From the NCBI RefSeq assembly GCF_009914755.1, contig NC_060933.1: a stretch of 64,000 nt of DNA; one strand, 5' to 3'. Positions 25,931 through 39,092 of the stretch are shown piece after piece. The translations under genes and the position numbers were made by a program. Positions within the stretch are counted from its first letter, which is position 1. The number at the start of each line of letters is the position of its first letter. The notes beneath the pieces were generated by a model. That model had not been told where the DNA came from. It worked only from the letters and a program-made list of their open reading frames with translations, and did no database searches. The DNA comes from the human T2T-CHM13v2.0 reference genome, Homo sapiens.

Positions 25931-27653
25931 TGAAATGTCATTATTTTATAAAACTGTATGAGGCTTTTGTTCTTCAATGAAGTATTTTCTCTTTTAAAAC
26001 TTATTTTATTTTATCTTTATTTTTTAGTAAGGCTGCCTTCATCCTTGCCATGGATGACACAGACTCCTCCAATAAAATATTTTCTTACCTTTCTCTTTTC
26101 TCTCCTCTCATGGCTTCTTGTAGATTCAATTTAATTAGATGTTTCCTTTTCCATTGCATATAATAACAGAAGAAAAAGCCCAGGAGAATTGCAAAAATCT
26201 TGTCATTAGTGAGAGTAGACCTCCATCATCATTTATTGAAATTTATTTTTGAAACAAGTTTTGCAACAATAACACAGCCCTAAGATGCACTGTAAAGAAG
26301 AAATTTAAGAAAATGAGCTGTGGTATTAGATAGATTTGGGTCTGAATCCTGGCTCTTCATTTTACTAAGTCTACATTCATTCATTAGGAGTTTGACTTTT
26401 ATAAGTGTAACATTCTTCTTTACAACAGATATAACAATATAAGTTACCAAGAAAAAGTGGTACATACCTCATAGCGTTGTCTTCAAAATCAAGTGAGACC
26501 ATCTGATATTGCTTTCACCATCCTCCTTTCCAGGAATGGCCTCTTCTAGCCTGCCCCCATTGCAGTCAAAGATTGGACCAATTGCAGTTTCCAGGACATC
26601 TGGCTAAAATTAATCAGTCCAAGTTTGAGCACTGGGTGTGGCCCAACCTGGGCCAATCATAGCCTTCCTCCAGGAGTTTTTGAATATTAATTGAAAAAGT
26701 GTGTGGAGGAGATCCTTTTGTAGTGAGAAAAAATAAAGCTAATACATGGAGAAAAAGACAAAACTTTGGGGGAAGAGAAGATCAAACAGAAAGTAAATGT
26801 GGTGCAGATCCGTTTTTAACTGTCTGTGATTCCTTAAATTCTACAGAACTCTGATCTGCTCACTTTTGTGATTCTCAACTTAATGAGCTCCACCCTGATG
26901 CAATTCAAAGCAATGGCCTTAGACGAAGAAGCACTGGCTCGGTTCGTATCTTTGCTCCCGGCTGTATTCTTTACAGAGAAAGTACTGTGTTCATTGAGCT
27001 GAGGCCTGAGCAGTCAAGCTTTCCTATAACTGTGATCTTTACTCCTTCTAAGGTTTAGTTTCAGTGTCTATGCGTTGGCTTGGGGTAGAGAATTTGGTTT
27101 CTTGAAATTTGAAAGGCTCAAAATTATTGGACTTTTGGGTAACTGAAAGACCCTTTATTAGCAAAGTTGTATTTTCTTTACTCTTTTATACTGGATATTA
27201 AACTTATCTCTTTCTTACAGTACCTCACCGAAAGCTGCAAGAGATTGCCAAAACATGCCAAAATCTGAAATTTTCACATTTAAAAAAATACCTTAGTTTT
27301 GGTGACTACATTTTATAAGTCCAAAGGTACACCAGGCAAACATCTAGCCACATATTTTGCATCTATGTGACAAGAGTTATAAACTAACCCTCTGGAGAGA
27401 CAGGGATCCTCAGATCCTTCCATCCTCCTCCTCCATCCTCCATCCTTCAATCAGCTGATTCTACATTTAAGAGCAGACTGATGTCAGCTTCCAAGTTCCA
27501 GAAGTGAATAAGATAGGGTTCTAAAGTGGAAGTGATGAAAATCAATTCTGGCTTATTTACACAGAAAAGAGTTGCATTCAAGAGGTATTGGGGAGCTCAA
27601 ACAATTGTTTCGAGGATTAGAGAGCTGCGCAAGGGAGCCTGGGAAGGTGAGTA

Positions 27654-28123
27654 CAGTTGACCCTTGAACGACATGTTTTGAACAACGTGAGTGTGAACTC
27701 CATGGGTCCACTTACACAAGGGTTTCGTCAGCCTCTGCCACCCCCGAGACAGCAAGACCAACCTTTCCTCCTCCTCTTCCTTAGCCATCTCAATGTGAAG
27801 ATGATGAGGATGAAGACCTTTATGTTGATCCACTTCCACCTAATGAACAGTAAATACATTTTCTCTTTCTTATGGTTTTCTTAATAATATTTTCTTTTCT
27901 GTAGCTGGCTTTAAGAATACTCTCTCTCTCTCTCTCTTCCGATATATATTACACATACCATAAAAATATTTGTTAATAGACTGTTTATGTTACTGGTAAG
28001 GCTTCTGGTTAACAGTAAGCTATTAGTAATTACGTTTTGGGGGAGTCAAAAGTTATATGTGGATTTTTGACTGTGGGGGGGCAGTCAGTACCCCTAAGCC
28101 TTGTGTTGTCCAAGGATCAACTG
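27654..28123 (+). mobile_element. Tigger2a-like DNA transposon, complete
   Basis: TIRs cagttgacccttgaac and gtccaaggatcaactg, flanked by TA on both sides. Characteristic gaagatgatgaggatgaagacctttatg interior. Confidence 0.95.
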
Positions 28124-29572
28124 TATGTGGTATTTTAAGGCTACGGTGGAGGCAGCTTGTGTGTTCTGTTGACTCTCCATAAAAAGAAAAGTTTTCCCAA
28201 TATAGGATGTGTTTCAGATGCTTGGTGGCCAAAATATGACAAATATCCAATACACAGGGCGATTGTGCTGATGAGGCACTTTCCTCTTCTTCCTTATGTT
28301 CCTATTTATTCTTGCAACAGCTTCCTTTTGTGAAGAATCTGTGTATGCCTTTTCCTTGTGACCCCAGAAACCAGACCAGCTGGATTTTACAGACGAGTAA
28401 AGCGTATTAGAGGAAAATAGGAGGGTGAAATCAGTGAAGCAAGATTCTAGGACTTTTGATTGTTTAAGAACTTGATTAACAATATCCCTTTAAATATTTC
28501 TACTAATGGAAAAAAACCTCAAAATATTTTATTTTAGTATTCTTTATGATAAAACTTTGAAGATGTAGGCAAACAGTATTTGACAACACTTTGTATTGAT
28601 ATATAAAGAATGCTCCTTAAAAATAAAAGTTGTAAAATAGAAAGTGTTTAAATATAGACAAGTCAGTGTAGGGAACACTATTTATCATTTAGTTTTAAAT
28701 GTTTAAATAACTGCTTCCATTTCCCTAAATTCAAAGGCAACCGGTTCAATGGCTTTCATTGACTAATTTAGTTTAGTATTTCATATTATTATATGAAATA
28801 TATAAAATATGGCTATTTTAATTCTTTGAAGCATACATATAGACTTCCCACTATATTAGGATGTGGCTTCCTTTCACTTTCCTTTTCTGTCACATTCCTC
28901 TGTCATCCTAATACATTGTAATTTTTGAGATTAGGTAGCCATTGCTTATATTATGACCACATAAATGCTGTCCACAGCTGAGGTGTTGGGTATTCTGTGA
29001 TTTTTTAAACTTTCTTGCACAACTTTTCTTTCCTCTGAGGTTAATAATTATCTTTTATTTTATAAGTTTTTGTTATATTTATCTTTAATTCCTCCCAAAC
29101 TTTTGGTGATTTGTGTAAATCTCCTCTCAATATATTTAGTTGTATTAGGCATTCTATCAATTCCATCTTTTGGAAGAAATTTCTTCTAAAGTCTTGAACC
29201 TGCTCTAATCGGGCATGGATTCCTTATCTGAGAGCTGTCTTTAGGACCACACTGTGGATTTCCTTCATCTTTCTCTTATTTGGTCCCAGATTTTGTAATG
29301 GCATTTTCTTTCTCTTTTCAACTTATGTTCTCCTTTTGGTAACACATATGCCTCAGTAGTGTTCTGAAAGATGGTGCTTAGATGAAATATTTTTGGAGAA
29401 CTTATATGACTAAATGTGTCTTTTTTACTGTGAGATTAATGGATAGTTTGGCTGGGTATAGAGGCAGAGGCTGGAAATAATTTTCCCTCAGGCTACTGAA
29501 TGCATTGCTCCACTGTCATCTGGCTTCCAGTGTTGCTGTTGACTAGACTGAAGTCAGCAAACTACATCCCTG

Positions 29573-30062
29573 TGATGCAGGGCAGGCAAGCCCCAAAGTG
29601 GAGTTTAGCCTATGAGGGTTTTTGGCTTTGCCCAGAAAATAATTCAAGGGCAAGCCAGAGGTAGAAGAAAAACAGCTTTATGCAACAGGCAGTGTTACAG
29701 CTCTGGTGGTATTACAGCTCTGGGACTGCTCTTGCAAAGCAGGGCTGACCGGTAGGCAGAGAGTAGCAGCTCAGGGCAGTTTTGCAGTCATATTTATACC
29801 CACTTTACATTGCATGCAGACTAAGGGGCAGTTTATGCAGACATTTCTAGGAAAGGGGTAGTAATTTTTGGATCATTGGGTCATTGCTATGGAAAAGGGC
29901 AGTAACGCCCAGGTGTTGCCATGGCAATGGTAAATTGACATGGCACATTGGTGGGCATGTCTGATTGAAAGCTGCTTCTGCGCTGGCTCTGTTTTAGCTA
30001 GTCTTGAATCTGGTCCAGTGTCTGAGCCCCACCTCTGGAGTTGAGTCTCACCTGCTACCTCA
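29573..30062 (-). mobile_element. ERV1 solo LTR (MER50-like)
   Basis: TG...CA ends with 4-bp TSD CCTG (29569-29572 and 30063-30066). The reverse complement starts tgaggtagcaggtgagactcaactccagaggtggggctcagacactggacca. Confidence 0.85.
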
Positions 30063-30129
30063 CCTGTGGCCTATTTTTGTATGGCCTGTGAGCTAAAAAT
30101 GTTTTTTACATTTATAAGGATGGTAAAAG

Positions 30130-30184
30130 CCAACCAACCAACCAGCCAACCAACCAACCAACCAACCAACCAACCAACCAACCA
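30130..30184. repeat. (CCAA)n microsatellite followed by an A run, inside MER58
   Basis: Read directly; one ccag interruption. Confidence 0.95.
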
Positions 30185-31214
30185 AAAAAAAAAAAAAAGT
30201 TCCGAAACAAAATAAAAAAGAAAATGCAACAGATTGTATGCAGCCTGCAAAGTCTAAACATATTACTTACTATCTGGCCCTTCACAGAAAAATTTGCTGG
30301 AGTAGTCCCGCTGGAATAGACTGACACTATTTTGATTTCTGATCTTTGTGTGATTTTTTGTCTTCCTTTCTGGGAGCTTGTAGGGTTTTCTCTTTGAACC
30401 TGATGTTTTAAAATTTTTCAATAACTGTTTATATATGGTCATGTTTTCATCCGTTTTACTGAACCCTTGCTGCGCTCTTCGAGTCTGGAAACTCAGATCC
30501 TTCTGTACTGGGCAATTTCCCTGAGCTATTTGATAATTTTCTCTCTCCTTTTTCTCTGCTTCTTTCTGGGACTCCTATTATTTGGATGTCAGACTTTCTG
30601 GATTGATATCCTAATTTTCTTATCTCTTTTCTTTCAATTTTCACTTTTCTTTTTAATTGCCAAGTGATCTTGGTTGTTCTCTGAAATTTTTTTTATGGCA
30701 TCTTGTTCTCCTTTCTTAAATGAATGCATCATCTCTTATCTCTCTGAGCATTATATATATATATATATATATTTTTAAGTTTTCTTTTTCTTGTATGCAT
30801 CCTGGTTCCTCAAACTTGCTTTTTTCTGCTTATTAGCTTTGATCCCTATCTTTCAGCTTAGGGCCTTTTCTCAGATGTCTGATGTCCTTGAGTTGCCTGT
30901 TCATGTTTTAGAGTGGAACACTGCAGCCTGATGGGAAGCCTCTGAGTACCCAGGTGGGGCCTGGGAGGTCTGAGAGTCCCTGCAGAGGTATCTGGCTCTT
31001 GGTTATTTTGCTGGGGAATCACCAAAAGTGACGATCTTGTCTTTTTTTGTGGGATTGCCAAGTTCTGTGGAGAAATTGCTTTCAGTGTCTTGTGTGAAGG
31101 ATAACAGACTTATTACTGCCATTGTTCTAGGAACCAAGTGAGGGAAGAGGACTGTGGATTTAGCAATGCAACATATAAAAATTCTCTTAGCCCTGTTTTT
31201 ATAATTAAAAAAAA

Positions 31215-31432
31215 ATTTTTTTAGAGACAGGATCTAACTGTTTCCCAGTCTGGAGTGCAGTGGTGCCGTCATAGCTCACTGCAGCTTCAAACTCTTGAGC
31301 TCAAACAATCCTCCCACCTCAGCCTCCTGGGTTTCTAGGACTACAGGTGCATGCCATCACACCCAGCTAATTTTATTTTAAAATTTTTCTTGAGATAGGG
31401 TCTCACTATGTTGCCCAGGCTGGTCTTGAAAC
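31215..31432 (-). mobile_element. AluJ, 5'-truncated
   Basis: Antisense right arm plus part of the left arm, ending caggctggtcttgaa. Flanks share cctgtttt. Confidence 0.9.
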
Positions 31433-31506
31433 CCTTTACTCCTGTTTTAAATATAATTCCTCTGCTGTGCTTGGTCTCCTAGCTGAGAGACTCTCTGTTT
31501 TACATT

Positions 31507-31673
31507 CTTTTTATTTTTTATTTTTTTGAGTCAGGGTCTCACTCTGTCATCCAGGCTGGAGTGCAGTGGTGCAATCATAGCTCACTGAGCCTTGACCTAC
31601 TGGGCTCAAGCAATCCTCTTGCCTCAGCCTCCCCGAATACTGGGATTACAGCCATGAACCACCATGCCTGGCC
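31507..31673 (-). mobile_element. Alu monomer (FRAM-like)
   Basis: A single right-arm-type unit ending catgcctggcc. TSD-like tg(t/c)tttac(a/t)ttct on both sides. Confidence 0.85.
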
Positions 31674-32199
31674 TGCTTTACTTTCTCCAGTGAATCAACT
31701 CACAGTTTTCAAGTGATGTGAGAAGGGCAGCCACCAAGCTGCTCTGAGAGAGGTATGAATCTGAGATTTAACTGTTTAAATAAAAAAATTAATAATCATT
31801 ACTTTTTATCTGCTTCTCCCACAGCATCCTCCTGTTTTCAACCCATCCTCCTATTTTGGCCAGACTTTCACCTGTACTTCCAGTACTTTGTATTGCTAGT
31901 GTCTAAACTTTCTTAGGGGGCCTGCAGAGAAAATCAAGCTGTCTTTCTGCTTCTCTCTGGTCAGCACAGGATTTTCATTTCTCAGTTCTTCGAAGTCAGA
32001 AAATCCCATCTGCTTTCCAGCTTTTAAAATTTGTTTCTCTTGTCTCTTTTCCTATTATGTTTCTCTTTTTAGATTTTCTGCCTTAAAATTACACTTATCA
32101 TTTTATTGGGGTTTGGGAGGGAGTGAAAATAAATTTGTGTTCACAATCTGTCATTATCCAGTTTAAATAAATCTTATTTTGTCATGTTTCCTTAGAATT

Positions 32200-32640
32200 T
32201 TTATTTCTTTAGAAATAAAATTTTACAAAACAAGGAGAAACTCTTTTTCAACCCTTTTTCAGTCTCATTTCTCTTTCTTTCTCCACCAAGATAACCAGTA
32301 GCTTGAAGTCAGTTTCTATCATTTCCTTCCATAGTGGTCTGCCTTTACATTACACGTATCTATCCATTAAAATGCATAGTTGTTCTGTATGTGTTAAACT
32401 TTAAATAAGTGATGTTATATGTGGCTTTCTCTAACATTAAACGTTTGAGATCTGTGCATGGTGACAGATTTAGCTCTAATTCATTTATTTTTACTTCTTA
32501 AGGATATTCCCTTGGATAAATATGGTCAAACTGCTCTCCTGTATTTCTACTAATTTACATCCCACACTAGCCACGTATGGAAGCTGCCATTTCTCCATGT
32601 CTTCTTCCAATCCTGTACTTGGTATTGTCATATGTTCTTC
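32200..32640 (-). mobile_element. L1ME-like fragments
   Basis: aaactgctctcc...ctaatttacatcccacactagccacgtatggaagctgccatttctccatgtctt...acttggtattgtca. Confidence 0.6.
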
Positions 32641-34473
32641 AAATCTTAGGTGGTAACAACATGGGTTGTTCTACCTGTGCACTGAGTGCCACAAAATAGA
32701 ACATTAGAATTCTGTCTTTTCAAAACTTACACAAACTAAAGCCAAAGGTAATATTGAGTCTGAGGACACCTAAATTTGATTAGATCTGACCTCTCATTAC
32801 CTTAATTTCCTAGAATTCTCTTTGATCATGACTACTGCTATTCATGATCATGCTATGCTTTTCCTTAAATGAATAAAGTTTGAAATATGATAATTTTGGG
32901 ATTTTGGTACATAATGCAGGGGAAGTGTAAAAGTAGGCTTCAGACAGATGGTGATGCTGGTTCTAGGAGTTCTACTCTTTTTCATTATCTCTCAACTTTT
33001 AGATTTTGATGCCAAGGTACTCATTAATCAGTGAAAGATGGCTAGGAGACCAGCTTTTAAGAAGAAGCTCACTGTTTGACTTATGCTTCCTGGTGTGATC
33101 ACATCTTCAGAGAGACAGCACAATCTGCTGTGTATAACCTTGATTAACACAATCAGCTCACCATTGCAAAAGGGGAAATCTCTTCCTTCGTAGAGATTTC
33201 CCTCCACTTTTCTCATCTTAGGCAGAGCTTTGCTAGCACAATGTAACAGAAAGTTTCGACATGGCTCACCTACATTTCAGCCCATCCCTCGCTAAAGAAA
33301 TGTAGTGTCAAGGCCTCTGGGTATTTCACTAATTTATTTTTGCTTTTTCAGCAAATGCTGAAAAACATCTTTCAAGTTTAATATATACTTGAAAACATGC
33401 AAGAAAGTGAAATATATGAAAGTTGAACAACAAACAAACTTGATAAGAGAATCTCAGTCATAAAGAGCAAAAAATATTTTAAATGTCTTGATTACATCTT
33501 GCCTTCAGTATATAATGTTCAGGATTACATTTCCAGCATGATTTAGATGTTCTTTCTTTTTTAAATTTTTCTTTACAACTGAACACACATTCAACTGACT
33601 TATGTCCAGCAGGAATTCGATTCAGACTAATGATTTTCTACTATTGGCATGCTTGATAAGTTCCTTCTTTGACTCAACTAGATTGTGTATGAAAGCTATG
33701 CATTTTATTGCCAGTGTCAGACATTTAATATTTCTTGTTTACTCTTATTTATAAAATAATAGGTAAAAGTGTAAAAAATGAGTAATTGGATAAATAGTAC
33801 AGTGCACACAAATATAGTGAGGCTGCTAAAATGGAACAATTGGCTGGGAGGTGACTTTGAGCACTCATTTTTCACCTGAGATATGAACATCCAAGTTTGG
33901 AAATAGTATTACACAAACACACACACATATGAGTATGTTAGTTGTTTGAAAACTGAATGCTTGAATGTTGAGGCCATCTGGACTTCTATCTCATTCTTTT
34001 ATTTTCTTTTGATTTTCTGAAGCCCTGAGTCTTTACCTTTCCAATTATTGGTGTAGCACTCCTACCTATTGTATTTCCATAATGGAACTTATTCTTGTAT
34101 CTGCAATTGCAGATGCTGTTTATGTAGAAGTTTACTCGATTATCCTGTGTGTGTGTCATCCCACCAACCTCTTGTAAACTACAGAAAAAACTGATGGGAT
34201 TCACAAATAAACAAGTGAGAGCATCAGAGCATATTGCATCCCAAAGGCTCAGGACAGGCTGGGGCTGTGATACTAATTTTCTTTGACTCTTGGCTATACA
34301 GTGTGAAGCTTAGAAAGCCTGAAAGATAAAATACCAAGGGTCCTAAAAGCCCAAGTAGCACAAATGGATAGCATTTCAAGTTTCTATAGGCATAATAAGA
34401 CATCTTCCAACAATCTGGAAGTAAAATAAACAAGATTGCCGTGTGAGAGTTAAACATTTAAAATAAGCATGTA

Positions 34474-34593
34474 GGCTGAGTGTGGTGGCTCATGCCTGTA
34501 ATCCCAACACTTTGGGAGGTCAAGGTAGGAGGATCAGCTTGAGCCCAGGAGTTTGAGACCAGCCTGGGCTACATAGTAGGACCTCATCTCTAC

Positions 34594-34624
<31 letters not shown>

Positions 34625-34785
34625 AGCCAGGCATGGTGATGCACAGCTGTAGTCCCAGTTCTTTGGGAGGCTGAGGTGGGAGGATTGCTTGAGCCAGGGA
34701 GGTTGAGGCTGCTGTGAGCCATGATCATTTCATTGTGCTCCAGCTTGGGTGACAGAGCAGGACCCTGTCTCTCAAACAAACAAAC
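34474..34785 (+). mobile_element. AluJ with expanded A29 inter-arm linker
   Basis: J-type arms and (CAAA)n tail. TSD aaaa(t/c)aagcatg(t/c)a at 34460-34473 and 34786-34799. Confidence 0.95.
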
Positions 34786-37399
34786 AAAACAAGCATGCAA
34801 TTAATTTTTTTCTATACAAACGAGAATATCTCACTTGTCTATAAAGTCAGACAGAAAAATTACTGAAACTGATAACAGGTCAAAAAAAGTCTACATCAAT
34901 CAAAAGGGGTGTTGATCAGCAAAGAAAGCCTAGGATAGGGAGAACACAGGAGTGAAGGTGACTAAAACCTTTCTGGAAAAGAAGAGGAGAGGAGTTGAGC
35001 ATGCACAAGTGTGAGTATGCACCTGTCGAAGGACAAGTTTAATAATCCTTTTGTAAAGATGAATACATTATGCAATTTCAGCCTGATGCTATTAAACATT
35101 CAACCCATAAAATTTATTCTTCTTACACCAAGTTACTTTGCAATTACCACTTGGTTCCCTGGGTAGTTAATGTACCTACCGGAAGAGAACGCCTAGACCA
35201 ATGGTCTGAGTGTATGGGGCTTCTGACATTTTATCTCACTGTGAACAAATAAATGGTTATTCTGGTTTCAGAATTCTGGTTTCAGATGGTATTAGAGTTC
35301 CATCAGTATGAGTTCAGCTCTGAAAAATGGGTTCTAGAAAAGTCACTAAAGTGGTATAAAAGTAGCCCACTCTGTGAAGCTACTTCTGAAGTAGTCAGCT
35401 GGTGATGCCATCCTCTGCCCCCATCTCCTTCATACCATGTTGTAGCTGAGCAATTGCACCCATTGACCACAAGACTTCAACCCTTAAGGTGGATACCACA
35501 GCAAAGGAAACTGTCTTTGAGGTACTATTCAAATCTAGCTTTAGCTTTTTTCCCCCCACAGGGTCAAGATGTGCTGTACAAACCTAGTCTCACCATCAGA
35601 ACACCACTGTTCATTTTTCTTCTGTTTTTCCTCCTCCCATTTTGATTACTTTGGCTACAGTTTCCATGTTACAGGCCATCTTGGTCCTGCCTCTTTTTCC
35701 TACCCCTCAAGCAGTTGTTAAGGCAACCGCCAATTTCCACAGAAGGACTCCTACTCAAAGGTCAAATGTCCACATCAAGGATTTTCAGTGTCCTTGTCCT
35801 AGGATTTAGGACTGTGTGTGACTCAAGAAAGTTCATAATTTTTTTCCTAAGCCAGGTCATGAAGGTCCAAGTACAGGGCAAAGTTCTTCAACTGAGAGAC
35901 TTCCCTAGTACAAAGGAGAAGATGAGATGCAGTGAGAACCTCTGGCCAGCCCAAGGCAACAGCTGCTCCATTCTAGCCATTCCTCTTGGGGAAAACCATT
36001 CATGTTGAACCAGATCAGTGAGAAAAATTCTTTCTAGACAGTGAATATCTGCTGGTTTCTTCCCAACATAATTCTAATATCATTGATGTTTTTACAGATA
36101 TTTAATATCCTTGAAAAAAGTTTCAAGGATGATGAAAATAATCAAGTATATCAGAAAACAATCTTTTCCAAATAATGAAATAATACAAATCATGTGTCAA
36201 AATATGCCATACATTAAAAGTAGGCATTTTTTACCTTGATTGTTTAAAATAGCCAATTTTGGCCCTATGTCTGTCACAGTTTTTTTTTTTTTTTAAATAG
36301 TTAAAGCCACAAAAGTGAAAAAGCCCAAACTGAGTGCCCCATCACATGACACACAAGTTGAATCTCAGGTGCTGTGCTGATTCTGGGGCAAATTGCTGAC
36401 CATTAGCTTTGGGGACTGTAATTTCACATGCACATTTTATTCAGGCACCCCAGTTTTATTGGCAAAATCTCAGGAATTTTAGTGGAAAAACAAAAGCTTG
36501 TGTGTCTTGATTTACAAGTAATTGGAATAGCAAAAGTGCATGAAGGTTGGTCTTACAAATACCACCATTCGTTCAAAGGGTATGTGCTTAAAGGAATAGT
36601 AAAGTCTTCCAAGTTGGATGTCTGGAACTTACCATTACTGCAAGCACCATCCCTCTTCAGGAGGTCACCTAAACATGCAGTGATTTGCTGGTATCCCAAG
36701 CTGTTTTTCTGGAATGTGTGAGCTGCTGGGCAGAGAAGGTGGCTCTGAACTTAAAGAGTTTGGGAGTTCTGGAGATGGGCTTGAGGGACAGAATGCCCAG
36801 CTCGTGAGCTGCTCTCCTTTTCTTGAGAACTACATTCCCCTGTCTCATGACATTCACACGGGTGAGTCCCTGGCACCAATGCTTTATACATGGCCCAGCT
36901 TCCTCTACTCACTTCCCCTCCAAGGAATGGAGGACATTTGTCTCAGGTTAGGCAATTCAAGTCTCTTTCCTGGTAATGGGAAATTTTGAACCTAGCGAAG
37001 TAAACCCTAGAGTACTGGCCAAACCTCACCCTAGGGATGAGAAAGAAAGAAGACTGTCTTCAAGGAAAGACAAGAATTAAGAAGCTATGAAGAAAAGGGC
37101 AGAGCCAAGAAAAACAGAGAGGTTATTTCTTAAGATTCTCCAATTTTCCAGTTGTTGGCTTCTGTCTCCTTATTAAGAATTGTTTTTACCTTTGGGATTA
37201 ATGAAACACCTCTGTATATCCTTATAATAAAATACTTCTTTTGGTTTAATGCTTGAATTAGTTACTTGTAACCCAAGAGTCTTAATTAATAGAAAGGAAT
37301 AAACAAAAAAATGACAGACTATCAATGTTTTAGTCTTTTTCTGTAAATGTCATTTTAGTCTGGGTGGATGTTTCCAAGTAATTTATCTGGACCTCCAGT

Positions 37400-37430
<31 letters not shown>

Positions 37431-37456
37431 ATATATACACATACACACACACACAC
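37400..37456. repeat. Compound (TA)n(TG)n(TA)n(CA)n microsatellite
   Basis: Read directly. Confidence 0.95.
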
Positions 37457-37712
37457 TAAATATAATACATAGTTCAACTATAATATAATATATATGTATA
37501 TATAGTTCAACTTACAAGTCTTCATGGGGTTAATAAAACCTCACAAGAAAAGCTAAAATCTCCAATAAGAACTTCCAAGAAATCCCCAAATTGAGGAATG
37601 AATGTAGTTATAGTGATCGTATTTCCTTGAATCTAAGAGACTTCTTTTAAAAAATAAGTTTTATTTTCAGGAAATTGGGGGTACATCTTAAAAGCAACAT
37701 GTTCATTTTAAA

Positions 37713-37931
37713 TACATGAATAAGCTCTTTAGTGGTGATTTCTGAAATTTTGGTACACCCATCACCTGAGCAGTATACACTGTGTCCAATTTGGAGACTT
37801 TTATCCCTCACCCAACTCCCAGCCTTTCTCGAGTCCCCAGAGTCCATTGTATTATTCTTATGTCTTTGCAGCCAGAGGGGCTTTCTATGAAGACTGGCTT
37901 CTACACTAACTATGGCTGTTTCTCCACAATT
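37713..37931. repeat. Dispersed duplicate of 38936-39154 (L1PB fragment plus flank)
   Basis: Ungapped 219-bp alignment at offset 1223 with 15 mismatches by manual count. Confidence 0.95.
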
Positions 37932-38880
37932 TTTTGTTTTGTCTCTAAGAAGCTGTTAATAATACAATGGAGCATTTGAAAAGCCGTGACATCTCAGAAT
38001 CAAGGAAATGTATCCTATTAATGTAACGTGCTTCATAAACTTCCCTTTTACATGAATATTCTTGGATTTCCAGATTCTTAAACTGTAAGAAGTGGCTGAC
38101 CTTTGAGGATTCCTGTCAAAATGATTGTACTGTGGAATGGTTGGTTTTATTTCCCCAAGATATCTTATTTGACCTGGGCAAAGTTTTCTTGTTGTTAAAC
38201 AGTAAATAACTTTCTTCTCACAAAATAAAGGCAATAAAAGTGGAGGCACCGGGCTTGGGGGCTGTACCCATCACAGAGCCAGTGCCATGGTGTGGCACAG
38301 GGGGTAGCAGGGGGTGGAGCGGGGTTGGGGAGAGCCGACTTCCTTTCTGAACCTTCTTTGGTGTCTTCTACTTAGTGAGTCCCTGTGTCTTCACTGTTGT
38401 CTGGCTCACGGTGAAACAAAAAACACTTCTGACTTTTTCACTCAATTTCCCTCAACATTATAAAAAAATTAAAAAACCTCAAAAAACGGTATTTTTAAAC
38501 ATTACCTCCACTAACAGTTGAATACTCTGGTCCTTAAATAGATGCCTCTCACCTTTCATTATATAGAATCACCTCTTAGAAAAGTTCGTAATTTAAATAC
38601 GTAAAATCACTAGAATGAGTAATAGGAAAATCAATCTTTATTCTTTCAGATTAAATAAACCTGCTTGTGAGAAATGTCCTACATGAATAACAGAATATTG
38701 AGAGCTAGTTGTTTTTAGAGTCATTAGACAACAGTAGATAAATCTTTTAAAGCAGGTGATTTCTGTCTTTCTTTGGGAGAAAGTTGATCCTCAGGCACCT
38801 GGAAATTCTTAGGTCTAAGTCCACATTCCATCCCAGAGTGTGATAGGGGAAAAATGGTGTGTGTTGGAAGCAGAGGGGCT

Positions 38881-39092
38881 TTTTATTGATTTTTTTTTAT
38901 TTCCATAATTTTTTGGGGAACAGGTAGTGTGTGGTTACATGAATAAGTTCTTTAGTGGTGATTTCTGAATTTTTGGTACACCCATCACCTGAGCAGGATA
39001 CACTGTATCTAATTTGTAGGCTTTTATCCCTCACCCCACTCCCAGCATTTTTCGAGTCCCCAAAGTCCGTTGTATTATTCTTACGTCTTTGC
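38881..39092 (-). mobile_element. Short L1PB 3' end inserted into a MIR
   Basis: ttttatttccata...tttggggaacagg...ttacatgaataagttctttagtggtgatttctga...cacccatcacc. TSD cagaggggct on both sides. MIR-like sequence continues to about 39235. Confidence 0.9.

Larger units (their letters stand above)
29548..30313 (+). mobile_element. MER58 hAT-Charlie MITE, split by an LTR
   Basis: gtcagcaaactac start. After the LTR: gcctatttttgtatggcctgtgagctaaaaatgttttttacattt...tactatctggcccttcacagaaaaatttgct. Approximate 8-bp TSD ga(c/a)tagac. Confidence 0.85.
28690..32160 (-). mobile_element. HAL1/ancient L1 with decayed ORF1, hosting several younger insertions
   Basis: The minus-strand peptide at 30456-30644 (IRKLGYQSRKSDIQIIGVPE) resembles the L1 ORF1p motif at the start of the RRM. 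gatagtttggctgggtataga...ttgctccactgtcatctggcttccagtgttgctgttga is typical antisense ORF1. Outer limits approximate. Confidence 0.7.

Noticed and set aside
27203-27652. Isolated strong splice sites (acceptor 27220, donor 27647; also near 5086, 35560, 36861, 51901, 56766)
   Set aside because: Consensus-like sites are frequent by chance, and no open coding exon chain could be assembled.
30456-30644. ORF1p-like peptide as a gene
   Set aside because: A short decayed LINE fragment, interrupted by other insertions and not an intact CDS.
35259-35286. 14-bp tandem duplication attctggtttcaga x2
   Set aside because: Real but an ordinary micro-duplication.
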